Part shown: positions 18,422-28,610 of the stretch, piece by piece
Layout: every line of letters starts with the position of its first letter
How positions within the stretch are numbered: position 1 is the stretch's first letter
From: Anaerolineales bacterium
GTDB lineage: Bacteria > Chloroflexota > Anaerolineae > Anaerolineales > UBA6663
Length of the DNA: 64,000 bases
Reading direction: 5' to 3'
NCBI GenBank assembly: GCA_020850595.1
Contig: JADZEK010000023.1
Location: 6,222 to 70,221 of the forward strand
The notes under the pieces: model-generated
What the model was told of the DNA's origin: nothing
Database searches by the model: none
What the model saw: only the letters and a program-made list of their open reading frames with translations
Made by a program: the position numbers and the translations under genes

Positions 18422-19939
18422 GTGTCCGCCACCGACCAACCCACCACCGACAAGCCCACCGCAGACAGGCAGGCTGAGAAGCCAGCCGAGCCGCAGGACA
18501 ACCTTTCCATTACGCAGCACACTGTGACCCTGGGCGGCCAGACCATCCGCTACACGGTGACCACCGGCACGCTGGTGCTCAAGGAAGAGGTCGAGGGCAA
18601 GGGCGAGAAAGAGGGGGCCAGTGAGGGCCACAAGCCCAAGGCCACCTTCTTCTTCGCGGCCTACACCCGCGACGACGTAAACGACTTGGCGCGCCGCCCG
18701 GTGACGTTCTCGTTCAACGGCGGCCCCGGCTCATCCTCGGTGTGGCTGCACCTGGGGCTGCTCGGCCCGCGCCGGGTGTGGCTGGACGAGGTGGGCAACC
18801 TGCCCCAGCCGCCCTATCGCCTGGTGGAGAACGAGCACTCGCTGCTCGACCTGACCGACCTGGTGTTCATTGACCCGGTCTCTACCGGCTACAGCCGCCC
18901 GGTGGTGGGCGAGAAGGCGCGCGAGTTCCACGGCTTCAGGAAAGACATCGAGTCGGTGGGCGACTTCATCCGGCTGTACTGCTCACGCTACCGGCGCTGG
19001 ACCTCGCCCAAGTTTCTGATCGGCGAGAGCTATGGCACCACGCGCGCCGCCGGGCTGTCGGGCTACCTGCAAGAGCGGCACGGGCTGTTTCTGAACGGCC
19101 TGATGCTCGTGTCGGTGATCCTCAACGTCCAAACGGCGCGCTTCGACGCGGGCAACGACCTGCCGTATATCCTGTTCCTGCCCACCTACACCGCCACGGC
19201 CTGGTATCACCAGCGCCTGCCGCCAGACTTGCAGGCCGACCTGCGCGCGGCGGTGCGCGCGGCGGAGGATTTTGCCCTCGGCCCCTACGCCACGGCGCTG
19301 CTGCACGGCGCGGCGCTGACGGGCGAGGCGCGCCGCGCGGTGGCCGAGCAACTGGCGCGGCTGACCGGGCTGTCGGTGGACTACGTGGAGCGCACCGATC
19401 TGCGCATCAACATCATGCGCTTCGTCAAGGAATTGCTGCGCGACCAGGGCCGCACGGTGGGCCGGCTAGACAGCCGCTTTAAGGGTTTCGACCGCGACGC
19501 GGCGGGGGAGAGCTTTGAGTACGACCCCAGCCTGGTGAACGTGCTCGGCCCGTACACGGCGGCCTTCAACGACTACGTGCGCGGCGAGCTGAAGTTCGAG
19601 AGCGACCTGCCCTACGAAATTTTGACCGAGCGCGTCTGGCCCTGGCGCTCGGACCACGACGGGCAGTACCTGAACGTGGCCGACACGCTACGGCAGGCCC
19701 TCAGCCAGAACCCGCACCTGCGGGTGTTCGTGGCCAACGGCTACTATGACCTGGCGACGCCGCACTTCGCCACCGAGTACACCCTCAACCACCTGGGCCT
19801 CGCCCCGAGCCTGCAGGGCAACCTGAGCCTGCGCTACTACGAGGCCGGGCACATGATGTACATCCACCAGCCGTCGCTGGCGCAGTTGCGCACCGACCTG
19901 GCCGCTTTTGTGCAGGGGGCCGTGCCGCCGGCAGACTAA
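18422..19939 (+). CDS. serine carboxypeptidase-like peptidase (S10 family)
   Basis: FNGGPGSSS and GESYG(T) catalytic-serine motifs. Confidence 0.85.
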   Translation: MSATDQPTTDKPTADRQAEKPAEPQDNLSITQHTVTLGGQTIRYTVTTGTLVLKEEVEGKGEKEGASEGHKPKATFFFAAYTRDDVNDLARRPVTFSFNGGPGSSSVWLHLGLLGPRRVWLDEVGNLPQPPYRLVENEHSLLDLTDLVFIDPVSTGYSRPVVGEKAREFHGFRKDIESVGDFIRLYCSRYRRWTSPKFLIGESYGTTRAAGLSGYLQERHGLFLNGLMLVSVILNVQTARFDAGNDLPYILFLPTYTATAWYHQRLPPDLQADLRAAVRAAEDFALGPYATALLHGAALTGEARRAVAEQLARLTGLSVDYVERTDLRINIMRFVKELLRDQGRTVGRLDSRFKGFDRDAAGESFEYDPSLVNVLGPYTAAFNDYVRGELKFESDLPYEILTERVWPWRSDHDGQYLNVADTLRQALSQNPHLRVFVANGYYDLATPHFATEYTLNHLGLAPSLQGNLSLRYYEAGHMMYIHQPSLAQLRTDLAAFVQGAVPPAD

Positions 19940-19958
19940 GCCAGCCGCGGGCGCCGCC

Positions 19959-20921
19959 CTAAACACCCCCCGGCAGGCCGCGCAGCAGGCGGCACGCGCC
20001 CAGCGGCTGGATGGTGTAGGCCCCCGCGCCCGCCGCCACGATGACGCTGGCGTAGCGGTTAAGCGTGACCGCCTCGCCGCCGCTGTGCACCTCGGCCGCG
20101 CCCTCGATCACGGTGAGCGCGTGGAAGGCCGCTCCCTCGGTATTGGCAACCCGCTCGGCCCGCGCGGCGGTGATCACGTCTAGCGCGAAGAACGGCGTAG
20201 CCAGCACGCGCTGGAGGTCATCCTCGGCCAGGCGCGGGGCGGGGTGCGCCTCGCCCGCCAGCGCCGGGTTCACGGCAATGACCGACTCCTCCAGGTGCAA
20301 GGCGCGGCCCTGGCTGGCCGGGCGGTTCCAGTCGTAGATGCGGTAGGTGATGTCCGAAGTCTGCTGAATCTCATACAAGAACAGCCCCGGCCCCAGCGCG
20401 TGCAGCGTGCCGGCCGGGATGTAAACGGTGTCGCCCGCGTGCACGGGGTGATACTGCACAAAGTCGAGCACCGTGCCGTTGCGGATGGCGGCCGGCAGCG
20501 CGGCCGGGTCGGCCCCCGGTTGCACGCCCGCGATGAGGCGCGCGCCGGGAGCGGCCTCCAGGATGTGCCAGGCTTCGGTCTTGCCCAGGTGGCCCGGCCC
20601 GGCCAACTGCGCGGCCTGCGCGTCGGTGGGGTGCACCTGCACCGAGAGCCAGTCGGCGCAGTCGAGCAGCTTGAGCAGCAGCGGAAAGCGCCCACCGGCA
20701 GCCGCCGCGACGGCCGGGCCGAGCAGCGCCTCCGGCTCGGTGGCGGTCACCTCGGCCAGGGTGCGCCCGGCATACGGGCCGCCCGGCACGCGGTTGTGCT
20801 CGTAGACCAGCCAGGCCTCGCCGACGGGGCCGCCGCCGCCGGCCGCCGGCCCTAAGCGCTTGCCGCCCCAGGCGCGCGCCCGGTACTCAGCCGTCACTTG
20901 CAGCAAATTCACCATGCTCAA
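19959..20921 (-). CDS. manA: mannose-6-phosphate isomerase, class I
   Basis: LSVQVHP...KTEAWHILEA...H AGD.VYIPAGT.HA cupin motifs typical of type I PMI. Confidence 0.85.
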   Translation of the reverse strand: MSMVNLLQVTAEYRARAWGGKRLGPAAGGGGPVGEAWLVYEHNRVPGGPYAGRTLAEVTATEPEALLGPAVAAAAGGRFPLLLKLLDCADWLSVQVHPTDAQAAQLAGPGHLGKTEAWHILEAAPGARLIAGVQPGADPAALPAAIRNGTVLDFVQYHPVHAGDTVYIPAGTLHALGPGLFLYEIQQTSDITYRIYDWNRPASQGRALHLEESVIAVNPALAGEAHPAPRLAEDDLQRVLATPFFALDVITAARAERVANTEGAAFHALTVIEGAAEVHSGGEAVTLNRYASVIVAAGAGAYTIQPLGACRLLRGLPGGV

Positions 20922-20932
20922 AACTCCTTGAG

Positions 20933-22102
20933 TCAGTCTTCGGGTGGAGGCGGCGGGGCGGCCACCGGTGGCGGCGAGGAGGCCTCGGGCAAGAAGCGCT
21001 GCCGGTAGGCGGCCAGGCCAAACAGCAGCGCCAACTGAACGAGGGCCGAGACGATGCTGCCGAACTGGTCATAATAGAAGACCAGCAGGTTCACGGCCGT
21101 GAGGGCCAGCAGCAGCCCGGCCCAGCCCAGGTTGGTGCCAGACCGCTCGCGCCCGGTGCCGAGCAAGACCGCACTCGCCAGCAGCATCACGCTCACCGCG
21201 CCCTCCAGGGCCAGGTCGGTGTAGCGCAGCAGCCCCTGTTGCAGCGTCAGGCCAGACGGCACGAACACGTCGTGCAGATAGGCCAGCATGGTGCCTGCCT
21301 CCAGCCCGCGCGGCGCGGCGGCCAGGTTCGCCAGCGCCAAGGCCATGACGGCCAGGCCGCTCTTGGCCAGTGTGACCACGCCCAGCGCGGCCAGCCCGCC
21401 GATGAGCAGCAGCCGCCAGCGCCGCCGGGGTAGCCAGCGCTGCTCGGCCGCGCGCCAGCGCCGCCGCGAGCGTTCCATCAGGCCGGGGCGGTGCGGGGTC
21501 AGGGTCAGCGCCTCGTGCCGCAGAAACTCCAGCAGGTCTTGCGCCAGCTGGCGCAGGTCGGGCCGCTCGCCATGCTCCACCACGAAGCGCAGCCGGGCTT
21601 CCAGGGCTTCGCGCTCCACCGGGTCGAGGTCTTGCTCCAGCACTTCTTCCAGCGCGTCGAGGGCGCTGAACAGCTCGGTGCGGGCGCTGCGCGCGGGCGG
21701 CCGGCGCACGCGCAGGTAGAGCACCACGGTGAGCAGGAAGAAGGCGTAGACGATGGGCGCGGCCAGCGGGTAGAAGTAGTCGTTGCTTTGGGTGATGAAC
21801 TTGCCCACTTCGTCAATGAACAGGCCGACGCCGATGCCGGCCAGGGCCGCGCCGGCCGCGTAGGCCCAGCGGTTGGCGATGGTGAGCGGCAGCAGCGAGG
21901 CGATGTAGAGCAGCAGCCCGCCCCACAGCGCGTGCGCGATGTGAAAGTCGCCGCCGGCGATTTGCGGGTAGCCGGTCAGCGCCAGGAACAGCCGCGTGAC
22001 GGTGACCGAGGCCGCGAAGCTGAACAGCGAGAGCAGCAGATACTGCTCGGCGCCCTGCCGCTTGACCGGGCGGCGGATATGGCTGGTGAGTCTGGGGAAC
22101 AT
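20933..22102 (-). CDS. integral membrane protein, function unknown
   Basis: Multi-TM sequence from MFPRLTSHIRRPVKRQG onward. The upstream 228 codons of the track ORF are Arg/Gly/Pro-rich nonsense and overlap a better plus-strand ORF. Confidence 0.7.
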   Translation of the reverse strand: MFPRLTSHIRRPVKRQGAEQYLLLSLFSFAASVTVTRLFLALTGYPQIAGGDFHIAHALWGGLLLYIASLLPLTIANRWAYAAGAALAGIGVGLFIDEVGKFITQSNDYFYPLAAPIVYAFFLLTVVLYLRVRRPPARSARTELFSALDALEEVLEQDLDPVEREALEARLRFVVEHGERPDLRQLAQDLLEFLRHEALTLTPHRPGLMERSRRRWRAAEQRWLPRRRWRLLLIGGLAALGVVTLAKSGLAVMALALANLAAAPRGLEAGTMLAYLHDVFVPSGLTLQQGLLRYTDLALEGAVSVMLLASAVLLGTGRERSGTNLGWAGLLLALTAVNLLVFYYDQFGSIVSALVQLALLFGLAAYRQRFLPEASSPPPVAAPPPPPED

Positions 22103-22231
22103 GCCGGCCTCCTGCCGTGGGCCGCGAACGCGCGGCGGCGTGTGCCCTTGTTCTACCACGCCTCGGCGCGGTTGGCGAGGCCGGCCGGGCGGGCCGCTAT
22201 GATAAAATGCCCCGACTTGACCCAGAATCTC

Positions 22232-22672
22232 ATGGCCACTGCCGCGCCGTTGCGCCTCTCCGTTGCCTGGTGGATCGTCCTGCTCGGGTTGAGCGCCACG
22301 CTCAGCCTGAATGGCGTGCTGCCGCTGCTGCGCGCCGGCGTGGGCGAGTTCACCCCGTTCCACACGCACCGGCTGGTGGGCGGCACGCCCGCCGCCCGCG
22401 CCTGGCTGCTGACGTATCACACCCACAACCCAACGCCGGCCCCTGCGCCCGCCGCGCCCAACGCCGCCAGCGCCGCGCCCACGCTGACCAACGTTAGCAA
22501 CAGCCTGGCCGATTTGCTCAGCCTGGCGGCGGGCGGCCCGGCGCTGCTGGGCGCCGGCGATTGGCCGCCGCCGTGGCTGCCGCCGGCGCTGTGGGCGCTG
22601 CTCCTCCCCGCCACGCTGTTCCGGCTGGGCCGCGCTGCCCCCCGGCCCGAACGCCCGCCGCGCCCGGCCTGA
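22232..22672 (+). CDS. hypothetical secreted/membrane protein with His-rich motifs (FHTH, YHTHNP)
   Basis: High-GC3 frame with an N-terminal hydrophobic segment, lying directly upstream of the copper cluster. It is the tail portion of track ORF 21491..22672. Confidence 0.5.
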   Translation: MATAAPLRLSVAWWIVLLGLSATLSLNGVLPLLRAGVGEFTPFHTHRLVGGTPAARAWLLTYHTHNPTPAPAPAAPNAASAAPTLTNVSNSLADLLSLAAGGPALLGAGDWPPPWLPPALWALLLPATLFRLGRAAPRPERPPRPA

Positions 22673-22822
22673 CGGCGCGGGCGACTGCTGTTCCTCACCG
22701 CGCCCAGCCTGACACCGGCCGGCCGGGGCCATTTCCCGGTCGTGGGCTGCGGCCGCGCTTGCGCCGCAGCGCGTGTTACCCTTCACCTCTACTGAGTTGC
22801 CTTATTCTTCAGGAGATTGGAC

Positions 22823-23308
22823 ATGCGCAAAGTCATTGTGATCGGGCTGCTGGCGGCGAGCGCGTTGGTTGCCTGCGCCCCGGCCGCCGGCAACACCGCC
22901 GAACTGCAAAGCCAGGTCACCGCGCTGCAAACGCAGGTGGCCGCTTTAGAAAGCGAACACACCGCCGCCTCGGCCTTCGAGGTGGCCGTGGCACAATACG
23001 TCATGGACGCCGCCGGCTTCCACGCCATGGCTGAGGCCCTCGCCGAAACCCAGACGATTGACCCGGCCTATGGCGGCGCGGTGGCGCAGGTGAAGACGAT
23101 CTTGGCCGCGACCACCTGGCCGGAGGAGCTGCGCGAGCAAGCGACGGACTTCGCGGCGCTGCTGGATGAGTACTCGGCTAAGATTGACGCCGACGACGGC
23201 GCGGGCGCGGTGGCGCTCAGCGAGCAGGTGCACGAGGCCCAACATGACTTTTCGCACGCCATCGGTGAATGGCTGGACACGGCGGCTGAGCACGGCCATG
23301 AGGACTAG
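22823..23308 (+). CDS. lipoprotein, helical, function unknown (first gene of the cop cluster)
   Basis: AGGAG lies 7 nt before ATG 22823. Lipobox LVAC after a signal peptide. Overlaps the copC start by 11 nt. Confidence 0.75.
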   Translation: MRKVIVIGLLAASALVACAPAAGNTAELQSQVTALQTQVAALESEHTAASAFEVAVAQYVMDAAGFHAMAEALAETQTIDPAYGGAVAQVKTILAATTWPEELREQATDFAALLDEYSAKIDADDGAGAVALSEQVHEAQHDFSHAIGEWLDTAAEHGHED

Positions 23309-23870
23309 CCGCGCGCTGGCGTTGGGGCTGGTGGGCGCGCTGGCGCTAACGAGCGCCGGGCCGGCCCTGGCCCACTCCGGCTACGTGCGCTCGGAACCAG
23401 GCGCGGGGGCGGTGATCGCCGCGCCCCCCGCCCAGGTGGTAATCTGGTTCGAGCAAGACATGTTCCGGCGCGCCGGCGAGAACCGCCTCGAAGTGCTCGG
23501 GCCAGACGGCGCGGCCGTGACCACCGGCGAGGCAGTCATCAACGACGACGACCGGCGTATGCTCAGCGCGCCGCTGGCGGCGGACCTGCCCCCCGGCGAA
23601 TACACCGTCAACTGGCGCACGCTCTCGGCCGAAGACGGTGACGACGCCGAGGGCAGCTTCACCTTCACGCTCGACCCGGCGGCAGCGGTGACCAGCACAC
23701 CGATGGCGGCCCCGGCCACGCCGACCGACCTGCCGCCGACCGCCGCACCGGCCGCGCCCACGCCGACCCCGGCTCCGGCAGGCGGGCTGGGCTGCGGCGG
23801 GGCGCTGGCCCCGGTGTTTGGGCTGGCAGCCCTGGGATTGGGCGCGCGCCGCAAGGAGCGCCGCGCTTGA
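23298..23870 (+). CDS. copC: CopC-domain copper-binding protein with a C-terminal hydrophobic anchor
   Basis: Signal peptide, then a mature N-terminus HSGYVRSEPG..., and EYTVNWRTLSAEDGD (CopC fold signature). The C-terminus GGLGCGGALAPVFGLAALGLGARRKERRA resembles a sorting/anchor tail. Confidence 0.8.
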   Translation: MRTSRALALGLVGALALTSAGPALAHSGYVRSEPGAGAVIAAPPAQVVIWFEQDMFRRAGENRLEVLGPDGAAVTTGEAVINDDDRRMLSAPLAADLPPGEYTVNWRTLSAEDGDDAEGSFTFTLDPAAAVTSTPMAAPATPTDLPPTAAPAAPTPTPAPAGGLGCGGALAPVFGLAALGLGARRKERRA

Positions 23871-26341
23871 ACGCGCGCCGGCTGTGGCGCTGGGCCTCCG
23901 CGCTGGCCGCGCTGCTGTTGTTGGGGGCGCTGGCCGGGCGCGCGCAGGCGCACGCCATCCTGCTGCGCTCGAACCCGGCCGCCAACGCCGACCTGACCGC
24001 GCCGCCCGCCTTCATTGACCTGTGGTTCACCGAGGCGCTGGAGACGGACTTTAGCACGGCGCGGCTGGTGGACACGACCGGGGCCCAGGTGGACGCTAGC
24101 GCGGGCGCGCCGGTGTTCGACGCCGCCGATCCCACGCACCTCTCGCTGCCGGTGGGCCGGCTGGAGCCGGGCGTGTATACCGTCGTCTGGCAAACGCTCT
24201 CGCAGGTGGACGGGCACGAGTGGTACGGCTCGTTCCCGTTCACAGTGCTCAACGCGGACGGCTCACGCCCGAGCGGCACAGCGGCGGGCGGCAACGAAAA
24301 CGGCCGCAGTGAGCTGCCCTCCCCGCCGGAGGCGTTCTTCCGCTGGCTGGCGCTGCTGGGCGCGGCCCTGCTGTGGGGCGCGCCGCTGTTCCGGCTGCTG
24401 GCCGGGAGCGAGGCCGCGCCCGCCAAGCCGAGCAAGCGCCCGCCGGCCGAGGCCGCGCTGGCGACGCGCCTGACGCCGCTGGCGCGCTGGGCAGTTTGGG
24501 CGGCGGTTGGGCTGCTGCTGGTAGGCGGGCTGGGGCAGGTGGTGGTGCAGTCACTGCGGCTAGGCAGCCTGACCAACCTGCCCAAGGTGCTGCTCGACAC
24601 GCGTGGCGGGCTGCTGGCCCTAGTGCGGATGACGCCCGCGCTGGCGGCGCTGGCCCTTACGCTCACGGGGCCGGGCCGCGCCCGTGCGATCATGCGGCCG
24701 GCCTGGGTGGCGGCCGCCTTCTGCGGCTTGCTGCTGTTGTGGTCGGCGGCGCAGGGCGGCTACTGGCTGACGGCCGGGTGGGCGGCGCTGACCGTGGGGC
24801 TGGGGCTACTGCTGGCGTGGCGTGAGCGGACAACCACCGTGGGGTGGCTGGGCTGGCTCGCCTTGCTGCTGCTGGCGCTGGGCAGTTTGGGCGGCTACAG
24901 CGCGGCCAGCCACGCCGCCGCCGTGCAGGGGCGCGGCTGGGCGGTGCTGAGCGACTACGCGCACCTGCTGGCGGCCGGAACCTGGCTGGGCGGGCTGCTG
25001 CTGCTGCCCTGGCTGCTGTGGCGCGAGCGCGCCGTGAGCGACCCGGCCGCGCGCCCGGCCGCCTGGAAGCTGGCGCGGCGCTATTCCTACCTGGCGAGCT
25101 TGTCCGTCTTCGTGCTGGCGCTCACCGGGCTGGTGAACAGCCTGGTGCAATTGCCCGACCTGGCGAGCCTGTGGGGCACGGCCTATGGGCGCGTGCTGCT
25201 GCTCAAGTTGGGCGTGCTGGGCGCGGCCATGCTGCTGGCGCTGCTGAACAACCGCCTGCTGCACGGCAGGCGCAAGCCCGCTGCCGAGGCGGCGGCGCTG
25301 AACCAGCTCCGGCGGCAAGCGTGGGTCGAGGCGGGCGTGGCGCTGGGGCTGATGCTGATGGTGGCGGTGCTGGTGCAGACCTCCACGCCGCGCTTCCTGG
25401 CGCCGGCCACGGCCTACACGCCGCAACTGCCGTTCACCACCACGCTCGTCGCCGACGACCTGAACCTGCATGTGCAAATCACGCCCAACGTGGTGGGCGA
25501 CAACAAGTTCTGGCTGCACCTGTACCACGGCGACAGCACGTCGGTGGGCGAGGTGCAGTTGGTGCAACTGCGCTTCAACTACCTCAATGCGCAGTTGGGG
25601 CAGGCCAGCGTGGACCTAAACGCCCTGGGCCGCGCCACGTTCGAGGCCGGCGGCGCGTACCTGAGCCAGAGCGGCCCGTGGGCGCTCTCGGTCTACATCC
25701 GCCGCCGCGGGCTGGATGATGTACTGACGACGTTTAACGTGACGGTGCCCGCGCCAACGAATGTGGCGGGCGGCAGCCAATGGTGGGCCAACCCCGTGCC
25801 GGGCGTGCCCGGGCTGGTGATCGCGGCGCTGGTGCTGCTGGGTCTAGGGCTGGCGCCCATCATCTGGCGGCGGCCGCTGGCGGGGTTGGGGGCGCGCGCG
25901 CGCTCGACTGCCACCATCGCCGGGTTCCTCAGCCTGACGGTGGCGCTAGGTTTCAGCGTGGCCGGCGCGCCCGCCTGGCGCGACCAAATCCTGGCGCAGC
26001 AGGCGGCCAACCGCACGAACCCCATCCCGGCCAGCGCTGAGTCGCTGGCGGCGGGCAAGCAGTTGTTCGCCGAGAACTGCGCGCCGTGCCACGGGCCGCT
26101 GGGCCTGGGCGACGGCCCGGTGGGCCTGACGCTGCGGCCCGCGCCCGCCAACCTGCAAGTGCACATGGTGCCGGGCGTGCACACCGATGCGCAAATCTTC
26201 GACTGGATCAGCAACGGCTTCCCAGACTCGCAGATGCCGGCCTTCGCCACGGTGCTGACCGAGGACGAGCGCTGGCATATCCTCAACTACATCCGCACGC
26301 TCGTGCCGCCAGACTCGGTGGTGACGCCGCCGGCGCAGTAG
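23867..26341 (+). CDS. CopC-CopD fusion protein with an extra periplasmic beta domain and a C-terminal class I cytochrome c
   Basis: 824 aa. N-terminal HAILLRSNPA...VYTVVWQTLSQVDGHE (CopC), then about 8 TM helices (CopD), a YtkA/FixH-like segment, a TM helix, then CAPCHG...QMPAF (heme c site). 4-nt overlap with copC. Confidence 0.85.
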   Translation: MNARRLWRWASALAALLLLGALAGRAQAHAILLRSNPAANADLTAPPAFIDLWFTEALETDFSTARLVDTTGAQVDASAGAPVFDAADPTHLSLPVGRLEPGVYTVVWQTLSQVDGHEWYGSFPFTVLNADGSRPSGTAAGGNENGRSELPSPPEAFFRWLALLGAALLWGAPLFRLLAGSEAAPAKPSKRPPAEAALATRLTPLARWAVWAAVGLLLVGGLGQVVVQSLRLGSLTNLPKVLLDTRGGLLALVRMTPALAALALTLTGPGRARAIMRPAWVAAAFCGLLLLWSAAQGGYWLTAGWAALTVGLGLLLAWRERTTTVGWLGWLALLLLALGSLGGYSAASHAAAVQGRGWAVLSDYAHLLAAGTWLGGLLLLPWLLWRERAVSDPAARPAAWKLARRYSYLASLSVFVLALTGLVNSLVQLPDLASLWGTAYGRVLLLKLGVLGAAMLLALLNNRLLHGRRKPAAEAAALNQLRRQAWVEAGVALGLMLMVAVLVQTSTPRFLAPATAYTPQLPFTTTLVADDLNLHVQITPNVVGDNKFWLHLYHGDSTSVGEVQLVQLRFNYLNAQLGQASVDLNALGRATFEAGGAYLSQSGPWALSVYIRRRGLDDVLTTFNVTVPAPTNVAGGSQWWANPVPGVPGLVIAALVLLGLGLAPIIWRRPLAGLGARARSTATIAGFLSLTVALGFSVAGAPAWRDQILAQQAANRTNPIPASAESLAAGKQLFAENCAPCHGPLGLGDGPVGLTLRPAPANLQVHMVPGVHTDAQIFDWISNGFPDSQMPAFATVLTEDERWHILNYIRTLVPPDSVVTPPAQ

Positions 26342-26416
26342 CTCACGCCCCAAGCAACACCGGGCCGGTCGGGGAGGTGTCTCTGACCGACCCGATGTGT
26401 TTGACCAGCGGCGCGC

Positions 26417-26545
26417 TTAGAAGCCCCCTGGCAGGATGAGAAGAGGCAGCGCTTGCAGCGCGAACAGCGCCAGCACGCCGGCCAGCATCCCCAGCATGAA
26501 GCGCCGCCGCGGCCCCGCCTCGTGATCGTCGTTGTGATTGACCAT
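26417..26545 (-). CDS. possible 42-aa single-TM micropeptide
   Basis: My translation: MVNHNDDHEAGPRRRFMLGMLAGVLALFALQALPLLILPGGF. Too short for the track, and supported only by ORF shape. Confidence 0.25.
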   Translation of the reverse strand: MVNHNDDHEAGPRRRFMLGMLAGVLALFALQALPLLILPGGF

Positions 26546-26735
26546 CTCACCCGCTCCCCGCGCCGCGCGCTGCTAACGCCTTCACGTAGTTCATGTTCTG
26601 GTTATAACGGGTTGCGCGCCGCGCCGCATCGGCCCGCGGACGGAAGTTGCCTCCGCCCTGAGGCGGAGACCGGCGCCTTAACGCAAACGCGCCGCCTTGG
26701 TCAGAGGCGGCGCGGGGGAGCAGGCCGTGGACGGG

Positions 26736-28127
26736 TTAGCCGCGGGCCGTAGCCGGGCGGCGGCGGCGGCGCTGAGGCGCGCCGTTCGCGCCGTTGCCGC
26801 TGCGCGGCCGGGCGCTCGGCTGGCCGCCGCCGGCGGGCTGGCTGGGCGCGGCGGCCGGGCGGCGATGGTGGCCGTTGCCCTGGGCGCCCTGCGCCGGGGC
26901 GGCGGGTTGGCGGGGGGCGGGCCGCTCCCGGCGCTCACGCTCCACGCGCGCGTGAATGCGGTCCTGGCTGGAGGGGCGGCCGCCGGCGTGCGGGTCGGCG
27001 GGCTTGGCGTTGTAATCAAAGTTGGGCAGCGTGCGGCGCTCCAGCCGCTGGCCCATGACCTTCTCGATGGCGCGCACCATCTCGTGATCTTCGGTGGTGG
27101 TGAGCGTGAAGGCGTCGCCGGTGCGCGCGGCGCGCCCGGTGCGGCCGATGCGGTGCGTGTAGGCTTCGGGCGTGTCGGGCATATCGTAGTTGATGACGTG
27201 CGTGATCTGCGACACATCTATCCCACGCGCGGCGATGTCGGTGGCGACCATGATCTGGTACGAGCCGTCGCGGAAGCCGGCCATGGCCGCCAACCGCCGG
27301 TTCTGCGAGAGGTTGCCCTGGAGCGAGGTGGCCTTGAAGCCGGCGCGCTCCAACTGCTGGCCGACGCGCTTGGCGCGGTGCTTGGTGCGGGTGAAGACCA
27401 GCACCGCCTCGGTGTCGGTGTTATAGAGCAGCGCCAGCAGCATCTCGGTCTTGAGGTGCGCGGCCACCGGGTAGAGCGCGTGGGTGATGGTGGCGAGCGG
27501 CTGGTCGTGGTTGGCCTTCACCGTCACCGGCTGGCGCAGGAACTCGCGCGCCAGCTTGCCCACGTCGTCGGGCATGGTGGCCGAGTAGAGCAGCGTTTGG
27601 CGTTGGGCGGGCAGCGCCTTGAGGATGCGGCGCACATCGGGCAGGAAGCCCATGTCAAACATGCGGTCGGCCTCGTCCAGCACCAGCACTTCGAGCTGGT
27701 TGAGCTTGACCGTGCCTTGATTCATGTGGTCGAGCAGGCGGCCGGGGCAGGCCACCACGATCTCCACGCCGGCGCGCAGCTTGCTCACCTGCGGCTGGAA
27801 GCCCACGCCGCCGTAGAGCGTCACGCTGCGCAGGCGGGTTTGGGCGCCGAGCTGGAGGATCGTGTCGTTGATCTGCTCGGCCAGCTCGCGGGTGGGGGCG
27901 ATGATGAGCGCGCGCACGCGACCGCGCGGGCCGGTGAGCAGGCGCTGGAGGATCGGCAGCACGAAGGCGGCCGTCTTGCCGGTGCCGGTCTGCGCCAGGC
28001 CGATGATGTCTTGCCCGGCGAGCACCGGCGGGATGCCCTTGAGTTGGATGGGGGTGGGTTCGGTGTAGCCGGCGGCGGTGACACCAGCGGCCACGGCCGG
28101 GTGAAACGCAAACTGCTGGAAGCTCAC
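26736..28127 (-). CDS. DEAD-box ATP-dependent RNA helicase (RhlE-like) with an Arg/Gly/Pro-rich C-terminal tail
   Basis: Q-motif, [24 protein letters not shown] and HRIGRTGR motifs. GTG start. Confidence 0.95.
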   Translation of the reverse strand: MSFQQFAFHPAVAAGVTAAGYTEPTPIQLKGIPPVLAGQDIIGLAQTGTGKTAAFVLPILQRLLTGPRGRVRALIIAPTRELAEQINDTILQLGAQTRLRSVTLYGGVGFQPQVSKLRAGVEIVVACPGRLLDHMNQGTVKLNQLEVLVLDEADRMFDMGFLPDVRRILKALPAQRQTLLYSATMPDDVGKLAREFLRQPVTVKANHDQPLATITHALYPVAAHLKTEMLLALLYNTDTEAVLVFTRTKHRAKRVGQQLERAGFKATSLQGNLSQNRRLAAMAGFRDGSYQIMVATDIAARGIDVSQITHVINYDMPDTPEAYTHRIGRTGRAARTGDAFTLTTTEDHEMVRAIEKVMGQRLERRTLPNFDYNAKPADPHAGGRPSSQDRIHARVERERRERPAPRQPAAPAQGAQGNGHHRRPAAAPSQPAGGGQPSARPRSGNGANGAPQRRRRRPATARG

Positions 28128-28240
28128 TGAAGGTTCCTTCTTGGCTAGAACGTAGAGCCAAGTCGCACCCTCAGCCCAAACCGTTATTGATGAAGTAGTC
28201 TATTATAGCATAGCTCGACGGGAACCTTAACAAAAAAACG

Positions 28241-28610
28241 AGGGCAATTGCATCTAAATTCCGTTCGCTGAGAGAGTGCCGGAAGTGGCTCAGAAACAGG
28301 CCACCCGGTACTACCGGGCGAGACGCTGCGCGTCACCGGCCATAATGCTACGCTAGGACGACCGACCTGAGGCCGGGTTGCTCAGAAACTAAACCCGGTA
28401 CGATCAAAGGGTCAGCCTGATCCTGGGTTGAGATTCCTCACCCCCCACAATACCGAAGGATGGCCGGCAACCGGAGGGGGGCTTCGGAATGACATGGTCC
28501 GCCGAGTGTTTCGCCACTGGGGGGCTGGCGCAGGGCGCCATGGGTACTTCGGAATGACAGGCAAAATCGGGCTGATCAGTCCCATGCGCAGTTTAGATGC
28601 AATTGCCCTG
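28241..28610. mobile_element. MITE-like non-autonomous element (~370 bp) with perfect 18-bp terminal inverted repeats
   Basis: AGGGCAATTGCATCTAAA (28241-58) and its exact reverse complement (28592-28609). Flanked by imperfect direct repeats cttaacaaaaaaac (28226-39) and cttaacgaaaaaac (28611-24). No ORF, lower G+C, and internal direct repeats. Confidence 0.6.

Noticed and set aside
22103-22786. 228-codon N-terminal extension of the membrane-protein ORF 20933-22786
   Set aside because: The extension is Arg/Gly/Pro/Gln-rich nonsense. It overlaps a better plus-strand ORF (22232-22672). An internal Met begins exactly where the hydrophobic protein starts.
26697-28130. 477-aa plus-strand ORF
   Set aside because: It is antisense to the DEAD-box helicase gene, which contains all helicase motifs in order.
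28513-28520. GCCACTG heptamer, reminiscent of the conserved cobalamin-riboswitch core
   Set aside because: No B12 box or other cobalamin-riboswitch elements are visible nearby. The match lies inside the MITE-like element and is most likely chance.
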